Positions 9,325 through 18,544 of a stretch of DNA of 64,000 bases are shown piece after piece; positions within the stretch are counted from its first letter, which is position 1; every line of letters begins with the position of its first letter. The DNA comes from Bacteroidota bacterium (GTDB lineage: Bacteria; Bacteroidota; Bacteroidia; NS11-12g; UBA955), in assembly GCA_030832905.1 (NCBI GenBank), contig JAURIG010000001.1, positions 10,397 to 74,396 on the forward strand, in the 5' to 3' direction. The translations under genes were made by a program, and so were the position numbers. Under the pieces are notes generated by a model. That model ran no database searches and was not told the DNA's origin. It worked only from the letters and a program-made list of their open reading frames with translations.

Positions 9325-11577
9325 TTAGTCTAAAGTGGTTTCTCTTACAATATCTCTTCCTTCAATAGAGTGGTGAGTTTGGGTTTGAGCCAATTCATAT
9401 GAACCTGAAATTTTTTCTATTTTAACACCGTTTTGAACATAGTTAAAGGTACCATTTTGCATGCTTACAAAAGGATAAGCGTTTTTACCAATAGGTTCAA
9501 ACATACCTTTTTCACCAACTTTACCTTTTCTACCATATCCTAAAGCTATACCAACTGTTCCATTGCTTTGACCTGGTTGAACAAAGATTGGCATGCCTTT
9601 TAAGCTCACATTACCAAAGCTGATGTTCACCATATCACCGTTTTTAATATCTTGACTTTCAGCTAATGCTTTTGGCAAAGACACGTAGTTATCCCAAGTT
9701 ACTTTACTGATTGGATCAGGCATTTCTTGTAACCATGGGTTGTTACTCATGCTACCATCTTTAACAGCTATATTTTGATATAATACCAAATCAATTTGGT
9801 CTTTCTTGCCTACTGTTTTTTCTAAATCAGCAACGATGCTGTTTAAGGCTACATTGAATGATGGAACTGTTGCAGCGGCTGTACCTACTGTGTGAACGCC
9901 ATCGTGTAAAGCTTTATTGAAGGCTTCATCTGAAGCAACACCCATATTAGCCCACACATTTTTGATGTATAAGTAATAAACAGATGCAGATAATTTTTGA
10001 CTGTAGATACCTTTCTTCGCAAACGGATCGTTTTCTGGCTTAGAGGCTAAACCTGCCCAAGTCAACAATGAAGTTTGAGCTTGTCTGGTCTTGAATACTT
10101 CAGAAATAGTTGGTTGTGTTAATTGATAAACACCAACTTTAGGATTGGCATCATTCCAAGACTCCAAATAATGGTTATCTGGTGTAATGTATTGACACAA
10201 TACTGCAGTTTCATCTGCAATACCAGCAGTTGAAATGCTCAATTTTACTTGCTTTAAACCTGCTTTAATTTTATCAGACAAAGGAGAATCGTAAACAGGA
10301 TTAGTGTTTAAGAATATCACCGCTTGGTATGTACCTGCTTGCAAATCATTTGCAAATTGCATCATATCAGCATCACTGCCTTTGTATTGATTAGAATGGT
10401 TGGTTAAATCAATGGTAGAGCTGTAGTTGGTCAATAACAAGTTAATGCCATTCACTACAGTTTGTAATTGTGCATTGTTAGAACCAGATACAACTAATGA
10501 GCTGCCTTTTTCTTTCCAAAGCAATTCAGCAGCTTGCTTAATCGCGCCACCTGCTAATTCACCAGTCATACTGGTTGAAATCTGAGGCTGGCCAGCCATT
10601 TGAGCCAATTGGTTGTACAATGACGTCAAATAAACGGCTTCTTGAGACGCTTTCATTGGGAATCTGTAATCAGCATTAGAACCTGTTAAAGACAAATTGC
10701 TTTCAAAAACAATTGTTTTTAAAACTTTAGCAGATTGGTCAATGCCATCTACTTTTCTTCTGCTTGACCATGCTTTAGTATATTCTACTGGAGAAATCCA
10801 AGTGCCTAAGAAATCTGCACCGAAACTCACTACTACATTGGCTTTATCAAAATTATAAGACGGAATAACAGCCTTACCAAAAGATCTATTGTTAGCTTCT
10901 AAAATACCACTGTAACTTACTGCATCGTATTGTACATGCTTAGTGTTAGTGTATTTACCATTGAAACCATTAATAACAGCTAAGGTAGAAGGACTATGAA
11001 TAGTACCAGATACAATCGCAATTTTACCACCTGCAGCAGTAATGTCTGTTAATGATTTAGTGATATCAGCATCGATGGCAGCCCATTCAACTGAACTTAA
11101 ATCGGCTCCATTTACTTTTTTAGGACCATCTAAACGCTCAGTATCGTATAAGCTTAAAATAGAAGCTTGACCTGTAGCACAAGATCCGCCTTTAGAAATT
11201 GGTGAATTTTTGTTGCCATCTACTTTGATAGGTCTACCTTCACGGGTCTTTATGGTTACACCACAAGCCGCAGAACAAGCACCACAAGTAGAGTTATAAT
11301 AGTTGGCAACACCAGGGGTAATTTCTTCTGGTTTAACCAAATAAGGAACGATGTTTCTGACTGGAGCGGTATTACATGCTGCTAAAGACACAGCTGCAAC
11401 ACTGAAACCGAAGAACTTCAAGAAGTCTCTTCTGTTAGAGTTTAACCCTAAATTATTTTCACTGAAAACTTCATCAAGCGGTAAAGCTTCATTGAACTCA
11501 TTTTTTTGAGCCGCTAAGAATTCTTTTGTTCTAAGTAGTTCTTCTTCGCCTTTCCAGTATAATTGTTTTTTTGCCAT
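9325..11577 (-). CDS. actB: ACIII ActB, N-terminal module (Tat-exported molybdopterin-oxidoreductase-like domain)
   Basis: Twin-arginine signal SNRRDFLKFFGFSVAAVSLAAC and an N-terminal Cys cluster (CGACSAACG). The 750-aa size fits a CISM-family catalytic-like subunit. It ends TTLD-TAA at 9327-9325. Confidence 0.8.
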   Translation of the reverse strand: MAKKQLYWKGEEELLRTKEFLAAQKNEFNEALPLDEVFSENNLGLNSNRRDFLKFFGFSVAAVSLAACNTAPVRNIVPYLVKPEEITPGVANYYNSTCGACSAACGVTIKTREGRPIKVDGNKNSPISKGGSCATGQASILSLYDTERLDGPKKVNGADLSSVEWAAIDADITKSLTDITAAGGKIAIVSGTIHSPSTLAVINGFNGKYTNTKHVQYDAVSYSGILEANNRSFGKAVIPSYNFDKANVVVSFGADFLGTWISPVEYTKAWSSRRKVDGIDQSAKVLKTIVFESNLSLTGSNADYRFPMKASQEAVYLTSLYNQLAQMAGQPQISTSMTGELAGGAIKQAAELLWKEKGSSLVVSGSNNAQLQTVVNGINLLLTNYSSTIDLTNHSNQYKGSDADMMQFANDLQAGTYQAVIFLNTNPVYDSPLSDKIKAGLKQVKLSISTAGIADETAVLCQYITPDNHYLESWNDANPKVGVYQLTQPTISEVFKTRQAQTSLLTWAGLASKPENDPFAKKGIYSQKLSASVYYLYIKNVWANMGVASDEAFNKALHDGVHTVGTAAATVPSFNVALNSIVADLEKTVGKKDQIDLVLYQNIAVKDGSMSNNPWLQEMPDPISKVTWDNYVSLPKALAESQDIKNGDMVNISFGNVSLKGMPIFVQPGQSNGTVGIALGYGRKGKVGEKGMFEPIGKNAYPFVSMQNGTFNYVQNGVKIEKISGSYELAQTQTHHSIEGRDIVRETTLD

Positions 11578-11607
11578 TGTATAATGATTAGCCTTTAAAA
11601 TTTGAGA

Positions 11608-12966
11608 TTAATAGTGACATTTTGAACATTCAAGTGCGCCGTATTCTGCAGGAGAAATATCTACCTTACCATCATTGGTAAAGTACTTAGCATAACTTGA
11701 GTTTTTGTTATCTTTTTCCGCTTTGATTTTAGCGTGTAATTTTTCGTAGTAAGGATTGTTTTCTACATCAATCTTTCTTTCTCTATGACAGTTGATACAC
11801 CATCCCATTTGCAAGGTAGCGTATTGCTCAACCACTTCCATAGTTTGAATTGGACCGTGACAAGTTTGACAAGTTACACCAGCACCTTTAACGTGCATAC
11901 TGTGATTGAAGAATGCGTGGTCAGGTAGGTTGTGAATTCTAATCCAACGAATAGGCTTAGGATTAGGACCATATGTTTTATCGTCAGCATTGTAATCCAT
12001 TGCTGCATAGATCTTTTTAATTTCTGGAGATATTTCACCATCGTAACGGTCTCTCAATTGAACCACTTGGTGGCAGTTCATACAAGTGTTCACACTTGGA
12101 ACAGATGCTTGCTTAGACTTTTCTGCAGTTGAGTGACAGTATTTGCAATCAATTTGAAGATCACCAGCGTGTAATTTGTGAGAATATTTGATTGGCTGTG
12201 TTGGCGCATAACCTTGTTGAACAGCTACTTCAGTTACACCAAAGTTAAAACCGTAAACCGCTAAGCACAATAAAATAACAGTACCAATTACCATTTTTAA
12301 GATGGTTGGGTTAATGCGTTTTTTCCATTCTGGAGTTGGTTTGTGTTCTGTAGTATGGTCAGCAGTTTCACCCTCCATCTCTTTAACAGAGGCTTTAAGG
12401 GTGTTTTTGGTTTTTCTTAAAACCAACCAAACTACTAACAACAAAACGATTAAGAACATAAGGATATAGAAAGTAGTTTCGCTATAGAAACTTACTTTAC
12501 CTTCACCTGATCCAGTTTCAACTTTCGCTTTAGCTGGCGGAGTCCATTCTTTGAAGTAAGAAATGATAGATTTGATTTGATCATCAGAAAGATTCTCAAA
12601 TGAATTCATTGCCACTTTGTTGTACTCATTGAAGATGGCAATAGCGTCTTTATCACCGCTTGCTCTAAATTTTTCGTTGTTGCGAATCCATTTTAGCAAC
12701 CACTCTTCAGAACGTCTGGTGTGAACACCATTCAAAGCAGGACCTGTTTGCTTGATGTCCATTGCGTGACATGAAGTACAGTTGGCTTTAAATAATTTCT
12801 CACCTTCTGTTGCTTGAGCAGACAGTTTTGCAGGTTCTTGAGCAAAGGCATTGCTAGAGAAAATGGATAGATTGAGTAAACAAACAATTGTGAACACAAT
12901 TGATTTTACTTTCAGGGTCTTTTGGCTTAGGTTTTTAACCATGTGATTTTGACTGAAATGTGACAA
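11608..12966 (-). CDS. actA: ACIII subunit ActA, multiheme cytochrome c with an N-terminal class-I cytochrome c domain
   Basis: Six CxxCH motifs are present (CTSCH, CKYCH, CMNCH, CQTCH, CINCH, CSKCH), plus a signal sequence and one internal TM segment. It is the first gene of the cluster. Confidence 0.85.
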   Translation of the reverse strand: MSHFSQNHMVKNLSQKTLKVKSIVFTIVCLLNLSIFSSNAFAQEPAKLSAQATEGEKLFKANCTSCHAMDIKQTGPALNGVHTRRSEEWLLKWIRNNEKFRASGDKDAIAIFNEYNKVAMNSFENLSDDQIKSIISYFKEWTPPAKAKVETGSGEGKVSFYSETTFYILMFLIVLLLVVWLVLRKTKNTLKASVKEMEGETADHTTEHKPTPEWKKRINPTILKMVIGTVILLCLAVYGFNFGVTEVAVQQGYAPTQPIKYSHKLHAGDLQIDCKYCHSTAEKSKQASVPSVNTCMNCHQVVQLRDRYDGEISPEIKKIYAAMDYNADDKTYGPNPKPIRWIRIHNLPDHAFFNHSMHVKGAGVTCQTCHGPIQTMEVVEQYATLQMGWCINCHRERKIDVENNPYYEKLHAKIKAEKDNKNSSYAKYFTNDGKVDISPAEYGALECSKCHY

Positions 12967-12980
12967 TACTAATTAGTCCG

Positions 12981-12988
12981 CAAATATA
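12981..12988 (-). promoter_or_regulatory. Candidate Bacteroidetes -7 promoter element for the act operon
   Basis: The minus strand reads TATATTTG, matching TAnnTTTG, 15-22 nt upstream of the first ATG of actA. There is no clear -33 TTG at the expected spacing, so this is weak. Confidence 0.3.
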
Positions 12989-13239
12989 TCTAGGAATGTC
13001 TCACTTTAAAAAGTATTTATACACAATTATTTCAATTTAGAATTATTCTACTATAAAATTATAATAACTTGTTTTTCAGTAATTTACAAGTGAGATTAAC
13101 TGGTCTAAGTTTAAGAAGAATGTCGATAGATTGTCAAATTGTATTTTTTTAAAAACGACAGATATTGTCTCTAAAAAGACAATTAAAAAATCAATTGAAA
13201 AAATTTTAATGAAAAGCTTAATTAAAAATTAATCTCCAA

Positions 13240-16200
13240 TTAAGGCATAACTGTCACTGTCCCTTTTTGGGTGTAAAATTTATTGTCCCAACCCTTGTAA
13301 GTAACTACCCAAATAAAAACATCATTCATGGCAGACAAGCCTCTTGTTTGCCCATCCCATTGAACAGCTTTATCATGACTGTCCCAAACTTTTTCACCCC
13401 AACGGTTGAATACCCTCATTTCAAATGATTTAACAAAAGCATGCGAAACACCCCAAACATCGTTGCTGTAATCATCATTTGGCGTAAACGCATTTGGGAC
13501 AAATACTAGTGGCGGTTGAATCAATCTGATTTCATTTGATCTACTTATGGCGTTTTTGCCTTCCCCATTGGCATTAAGTCCTTCAAAAGCCTTTACAACA
13601 TAAAAGTAGGCGCCCCACCATATATCTAAATCAATATCATTATAGGTTCTTAACAATTGGGTATTGGCAAGCTTTCTAAATTGGCCTGTATCAACCATTC
13701 TCTCGAGTTCGTATTGTTTAACCCCTCCTATCCAATTTCTGTAAGGTGTCCAATCAAGGTCAAAATACAATTTTCCAGCTTGACCTGTCAAAACAATGTT
13801 ACAGGCGTCATTACTTGGTTTGCTAACATGACTGCATTGATCATTGATTCCAATTCGATAACAATAACTTTTTTCAGATACTTCAACCGCATCGTCTACA
13901 TAACTTGTATCATCCAATTGATAAATCGTCTTGATTTTTCTGTAGCCTACAGATTGCCCGGCAATGTTATCTGCCCTATATACATCATAAGATGCAAAAT
14001 CTGGCTCTTGACTTTTTAACCAATGAATAGACACTGACTTATTATTGACCACTGTGGCATAATGCAAATAAGTTGAATCAATAGGCGTATTAAACTCTAC
14101 TAATGTATTGATTCTAACCCCAGGATCATAGGCCTGACCACAAATATTATAAGCTACCATGTAGTATTGGTAATTTAATACTTTAGGATCAAACGGCGGC
14201 TTATCTTTGAAACTAGAAGCGGCATTTGACACAATTGTATCAATTACTTTGATGCTGCCACTTGGATTTTTTCTATACAATAGCACATATTTAAAATACT
14301 TATCGGTTGTAAAAGCTTTCCATGATAATTTAACTGAGCCATCCTCAGAAAACAACAAACAAGCCGTTTCTGGGGTTAAAGACAATGGCGGGGCCTTTAC
14401 CAACATTTTAATTTTTGCGGTATTGCTGTCTTGAGAAGGACAGCCTTGGTCATAGACCTTGACATTGAAAAAAACAGTATCCAATCCAATATGAGCGCAA
14501 TTAGGTGTCCAAACAATATGTGCTTTGATGGCATTTTGCCCCGGCAAGCGATCTATTTTAGTCACTTTGGGCAAAGGCAAAGGGAAATTGGGTGTATCAA
14601 ACACGCCGCCTTCTAGCACTATCCTTAAACTATCGCTCCGATCAGGGTCAGAGGCAATTACATCATAACTTAAAGTATCCGTTGCGAGCACTGTGTATAA
14701 GGAATCTTTAACGCTTGGTTTTCTATTTAAGTTTTCAAAATCAAACTTAAAGACCGCATTGTTACAGTTGGATGAATTGTTTTGAGGACTCCAAACACCC
14801 GGGGTAGTTGGGAATAAACTATTACCGCCACAACCTGCACAAACCGATTGGTAGATAATGCCTCGTTTATCAAAACGTGATGTGCCCCCATCTACATGCT
14901 CATGGGCATAATTACTACTACTAGATTTGCCACCAAAATAGGTCCCGTACAAGAGTGTCTCAAGATTTTTACTAAACACCCCTAAATAAAAGTCATAGCC
15001 ATCGGTGGTTTTTTGATAGGCATCAGATGAAAAAGGCATATTGTTAGTCCCTCCGCCCGTAAAACCAGTTGTAAAATTAATAGCCCCCCATCCGGATATG
15101 AAAATGCGTTCACATTCATCCACTAAAAATGCTGTTGGAGATAAATCTGGTTTGGTTTTATTGAGGGCTCCAAAAGTGGTTTCGAGTTCAATGATATTAA
15201 GATTTAAGCCCAATTTTTTAATGAACATCTTAGCATCTTTATTGGCATATACGGCATTACTTGAGGGCATAATTCCCTCAGTTTGACCATACACGAATGG
15301 TTTCCCATATTTATCTGTTTTAACGAAATAACATTGATCGTAAGCGGTAGTTCCAATGAAGGTATAAGACAAAAGCCCCATACTATTCAAGTCCATTCTA
15401 AGCAAATAGCCATCTGCTCTTCCACCATTATTGGTTTGCTTTAAGCCAGAAACTGAATAAGAAAAGCTGTTGCTATTGCTGCCTCCTGTTACATAAATAT
15501 CGTCATGGGTACCGAGATCAATACCATAGGCAGCATCATCTCCTGTTGATCCAATGTAAGAGGCAAACAACAGATTACTAAGATCCGCACTCAGTCCAAA
15601 AACACAGCCATCTTGTTTCCCATTGTAGGCATTATCAAATGCCGAACTTGTAGGGAAATCAACGGAATTAGTAGTACTGGCAACATACACGAAATCATTA
15701 GGCCCGACGATTATTTCACCTCTAAAATCATCTGCGTAGTTGTACAACAAAGGGCTTGTTGAATTGCTTGGTCTATCGCCATTAAGCCCGTCAAAACTGC
15801 TACCTCCAATAAAAGTGCCCGCCAATAATTGATCTCCTCCAGGTGATAATTTGACCACAAAAATATCAGATAAGCCGTTGTGGGAGTCATCATAAGCTGG
15901 CGCCGTTCCAATAGGAAAATCAGCAGACTTTGTTGTACCCATTATCATGAGTTGCCCTTGATTATTAACTACCATGCTGTGTGGCTGCTCATTATTAAAT
16001 GTTCCACCTAAATAAGTTGAAAACAACAAGGATTTACCATCTTTACTAAATTTCAATATGCCGCAATCTCGGTCCACATAACCGATACTCCCAGATTCAA
16101 CTGCACCACCTGCAAAACTCATTTGAAAAGCCCCAACTGTTATGGGAAATCCAAAATCAAATACAGTACCACCTGCATAGGCATTACCCAAAGAATCAAA

Positions 16201-17010
16201 TGTAGCTGTATAGCCAAAATTATCAGCTCCAGAACCACTGTAACTTGAAAACACTAAAACAGGATCTAAAACAGTTGTGCGTTTTATCAGCTCTTGATTT
16301 GGCCATTTGAAACTCAAAATAGAATCAGATAGCACATAGTCTACCTCTAGGTATTGTTTGTTGTCTTTATTGGTTTCATATACTACTGGGGCTTGTTCAA
16401 TCAATTGACCAAAGCGATAGAAGACCTCTAATTGGCCCTTGTTTAATTGAAGTTTATTGGCCCCTTTGTATTTGAGTTGTATGAGGCTTGGGTTAGCACC
16501 AGGATGTAAAATAAAATTATATTTAATTTGACCCTGGTATTCTAAAAGCTCATAGTCTATGTGCGGATACAATTCTTTGATGTAGACCCCATGAAAACTC
16601 TTTACATGATGGCGCCATTGTGATGGCTCATTCCCTTTAAAATAATTACTGTAATCTGCAAAAGCATTAATCCCCTCGCAAATAGCCTTTTGATTGCCAC
16701 CCAAAAATTCAATACTTATTGCATGCGCTTTAATCGACTTTAAATCAGCCGCATCATGTTGATACGCATTTAACTGTTGAGCATCGTAAAACAAATAGCT
16801 TAATTGATTGGACTGAACAAATAAAGTCGCACCCTTGAGATCCGCTTTAAAAGCTGCTGGATTCGGCCATTGCCCTTTGTTTTCAGTAAATCGCAATTGA
16901 GCCTGAGCAATTGTTAAATAACAATTCACTAAAAGAAATAACCCTATAGAATTAAAGGCTTTCAAATGCTTAACAAATATAATTGAATTGCACATGTTTT
17001 TGCAACCCAA
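13240..17010 (-). CDS. Large secreted beta-propeller-repeat protein with a T9SS type-B (gliding-motility-associated) C-terminal sorting domain
   Basis: The N-terminus carries FTENKGQWPN. Many YGG/FGG-type propeller repeats follow. The C-terminus reads VFVPNAFTPNDDYSNDVWGV...FNRWGEKVW...WDGQ, typical of CHU_C/type-B T9SS sorting domains. Confidence 0.8.
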   Translation of the reverse strand: MGCKNMCNSIIFVKHLKAFNSIGLFLLVNCYLTIAQAQLRFTENKGQWPNPAAFKADLKGATLFVQSNQLSYLFYDAQQLNAYQHDAADLKSIKAHAISIEFLGGNQKAICEGINAFADYSNYFKGNEPSQWRHHVKSFHGVYIKELYPHIDYELLEYQGQIKYNFILHPGANPSLIQLKYKGANKLQLNKGQLEVFYRFGQLIEQAPVVYETNKDNKQYLEVDYVLSDSILSFKWPNQELIKRTTVLDPVLVFSSYSGSGADNFGYTATFDSLGNAYAGGTVFDFGFPITVGAFQMSFAGGAVESGSIGYVDRDCGILKFSKDGKSLLFSTYLGGTFNNEQPHSMVVNNQGQLMIMGTTKSADFPIGTAPAYDDSHNGLSDIFVVKLSPGGDQLLAGTFIGGSSFDGLNGDRPSNSTSPLLYNYADDFRGEIIVGPNDFVYVASTTNSVDFPTSSAFDNAYNGKQDGCVFGLSADLSNLLFASYIGSTGDDAAYGIDLGTHDDIYVTGGSNSNSFSYSVSGLKQTNNGGRADGYLLRMDLNSMGLLSYTFIGTTAYDQCYFVKTDKYGKPFVYGQTEGIMPSSNAVYANKDAKMFIKKLGLNLNIIELETTFGALNKTKPDLSPTAFLVDECERIFISGWGAINFTTGFTGGGTNNMPFSSDAYQKTTDGYDFYLGVFSKNLETLLYGTYFGGKSSSSNYAHEHVDGGTSRFDKRGIIYQSVCAGCGGNSLFPTTPGVWSPQNNSSNCNNAVFKFDFENLNRKPSVKDSLYTVLATDTLSYDVIASDPDRSDSLRIVLEGGVFDTPNFPLPLPKVTKIDRLPGQNAIKAHIVWTPNCAHIGLDTVFFNVKVYDQGCPSQDSNTAKIKMLVKAPPLSLTPETACLLFSEDGSVKLSWKAFTTDKYFKYVLLYRKNPSGSIKVIDTIVSNAASSFKDKPPFDPKVLNYQYYMVAYNICGQAYDPGVRINTLVEFNTPIDSTYLHYATVVNNKSVSIHWLKSQEPDFASYDVYRADNIAGQSVGYRKIKTIYQLDDTSYVDDAVEVSEKSYCYRIGINDQCSHVSKPSNDACNIVLTGQAGKLYFDLDWTPYRNWIGGVKQYELERMVDTGQFRKLANTQLLRTYNDIDLDIWWGAYFYVVKAFEGLNANGEGKNAISRSNEIRLIQPPLVFVPNAFTPNDDYSNDVWGVSHAFVKSFEMRVFNRWGEKVWDSHDKAVQWDGQTRGLSAMNDVFIWVVTYKGWDNKFYTQKGTVTVMP

Positions 17011-17061
17011 TTCATAAGTGGTATTGAATTGCGCGCATTATTGATTTATTTTGCATTAGCA

Positions 17062-17982
17062 ATGCAGCAAATTGATCGCATCATATTTTTTGGCACGCCC
17101 TTGTTTGCCGCCACCATTTTAGAAGCACTTATCCTACAAAAAAGGCCAATTGTGGCCGTTGTTACAGCGCCTGATAAAGCTGCCGGAAGAGGATTAAAAG
17201 CACATACATCTGCTGTCAAACAAATTGCAGAAAAATACAACCTCCCAGTTTTGCAACCTGAGAAACTGAAATCAGAAGATTTTCTGAGAGCCCTAAAAGC
17301 TTATAATGCTGATTTGCAAATTGTAATCGCTTTTAGAATGTTACCTGAACAAGTATGGAACATGCCCAAACTGGGCAGTATGAATTTACATGCGAGTTTA
17401 TTACCAGCCTACAGAGGGGCTGCACCAATCAATTGGGCCATTATTAACGGCGAAACTGAAACAGGCTTGACTACCTTTATCCTTCAACATGAAATTGATA
17501 CAGGCAATATTATTCGCCAAGTCAATATGCCCATTTTACCTGAAGACAACGCTGGTAGCTTGCACGACAAAATGATGCATGCTGGAGCAACTATAGTAGC
17601 TGAATCAATTGATTACATTGCTCAAGGTCAATATGAATTAAAGCCACAGCCAGCAGGAGAATTCCCTCATGCACCAAAACTCAACAATGACAACTGTCTT
17701 ATTCATTGGGCCCTCCCTGCCATTAAAGTCCATAATTTAATAAGGGGTTTATCGCCTTATCCAGGCGCTTATTGCCTTCACAAAGACAAGCATATTAAAA
17801 TACACAAAAGCCAATTGACCAACCTTCCGAGTTCAAACCCAGGTCAATTTGAGATGGCCAATAAACACCAATTACTAGTGCATTGTGCTGACTATTGTCT
17901 AGAAATTTTGGAATTACAAGTTGAAGGCAAGAAAAAAATGAACGCCACAGAATTCATTAACGGCTTTCAATCGCTTATTTAA
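17062..17982 (+). CDS. fmt: Methionyl-tRNA formyltransferase
   Basis: Contains IIFFGTP..., LNLHASLLPAYRGAAPINWAIINGE and the C-terminal Fmt domain. I moved the start from the track's TTG at 17029 to ATG 17062 (MQQIDRIIFFGTP). Confidence 0.9.
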   Translation: MQQIDRIIFFGTPLFAATILEALILQKRPIVAVVTAPDKAAGRGLKAHTSAVKQIAEKYNLPVLQPEKLKSEDFLRALKAYNADLQIVIAFRMLPEQVWNMPKLGSMNLHASLLPAYRGAAPINWAIINGETETGLTTFILQHEIDTGNIIRQVNMPILPEDNAGSLHDKMMHAGATIVAESIDYIAQGQYELKPQPAGEFPHAPKLNNDNCLIHWALPAIKVHNLIRGLSPYPGAYCLHKDKHIKIHKSQLTNLPSSNPGQFEMANKHQLLVHCADYCLEILELQVEGKKKMNATEFINGFQSLI

Positions 17983-18463
17983 TGGCTTGATTAATTAGAG
18001 TCATCACCTCGGGTGTATACCATTGAATGCCCTCCACTTTTTTCAATAGTATTTTTCCTTTTTTATCCAACAAATAGGTAGTAGGATATGCGCTTACGCC
18101 TAATTCTGCTTTTAATTTTTGAGTGGAATGATAAAAATTCAAACCTGATTGAAATCTGGCTTTAAAGGCTGTAATTTTAGATAAAGGCTCATCAGACACC
18201 ATTAAGATTTCAAGAGTATCATTATAGCGTTGTTTTAATTGTTGTAATTGAGGCTGCTCTTTAACACAATCACCACACCAAGTTTGAAAATAAGACACAA
18301 TTAGGATTTTATTTTTCCCTAGATTTTGAGCAGCTTTACTGCTGTCTAAATTCAATAAAGTAGGCAGTTTGAAGGTTTCAGCTTTGCGGTTTTTGGCCAT
18401 CACAACAACAGTTACAATAATGGCTAATGACAAAGATAAAATTAGATTGGTTTTAAGTTTCAC
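17975..18463 (-). CDS. TlpA/ResA-like thiol-disulfide oxidoreductase (thioredoxin fold, membrane anchored)
   Basis: N-terminal TM segment and a WCGDC active site. Its 3' end overlaps the 3' end of fmt by 8 nt (convergent). Confidence 0.8.
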   Translation of the reverse strand: MKLKTNLILSLSLAIIVTVVVMAKNRKAETFKLPTLLNLDSSKAAQNLGKNKILIVSYFQTWCGDCVKEQPQLQQLKQRYNDTLEILMVSDEPLSKITAFKARFQSGLNFYHSTQKLKAELGVSAYPTTYLLDKKGKILLKKVEGIQWYTPEVMTLINQAIK

Positions 18464-18544
18464 AGAACAAAATTAATGGATTTCATGAATTTTCTTTTCG
18501 AATAAAATTGGTTAATTTGGCCCTTTATTTTATTTGAATCGCAT

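Noticed and set aside
12967-13239. 273-nt very AT-rich spacer with short inverted repeats (GACAGATATTGTC at 13157-13169; ATTGTC-N8-GACAAT at 13164-13183), considered as an sRNA, MITE remnant or terminator
   Set aside because: The stems are only 4-6 bp and AU-rich, and there are no flanking direct repeats. The region is best explained as the terminator/promoter spacer between the T9SS cargo gene and the act operon. I cannot support a discrete element.
13657-14019. 120-aa antisense ORF inside the 1256-aa T9SS cargo gene (similar cases at 18578-18928 and 14207-14616)
   Set aside because: These are shadow ORFs within clearly coding regions, with no independent support.
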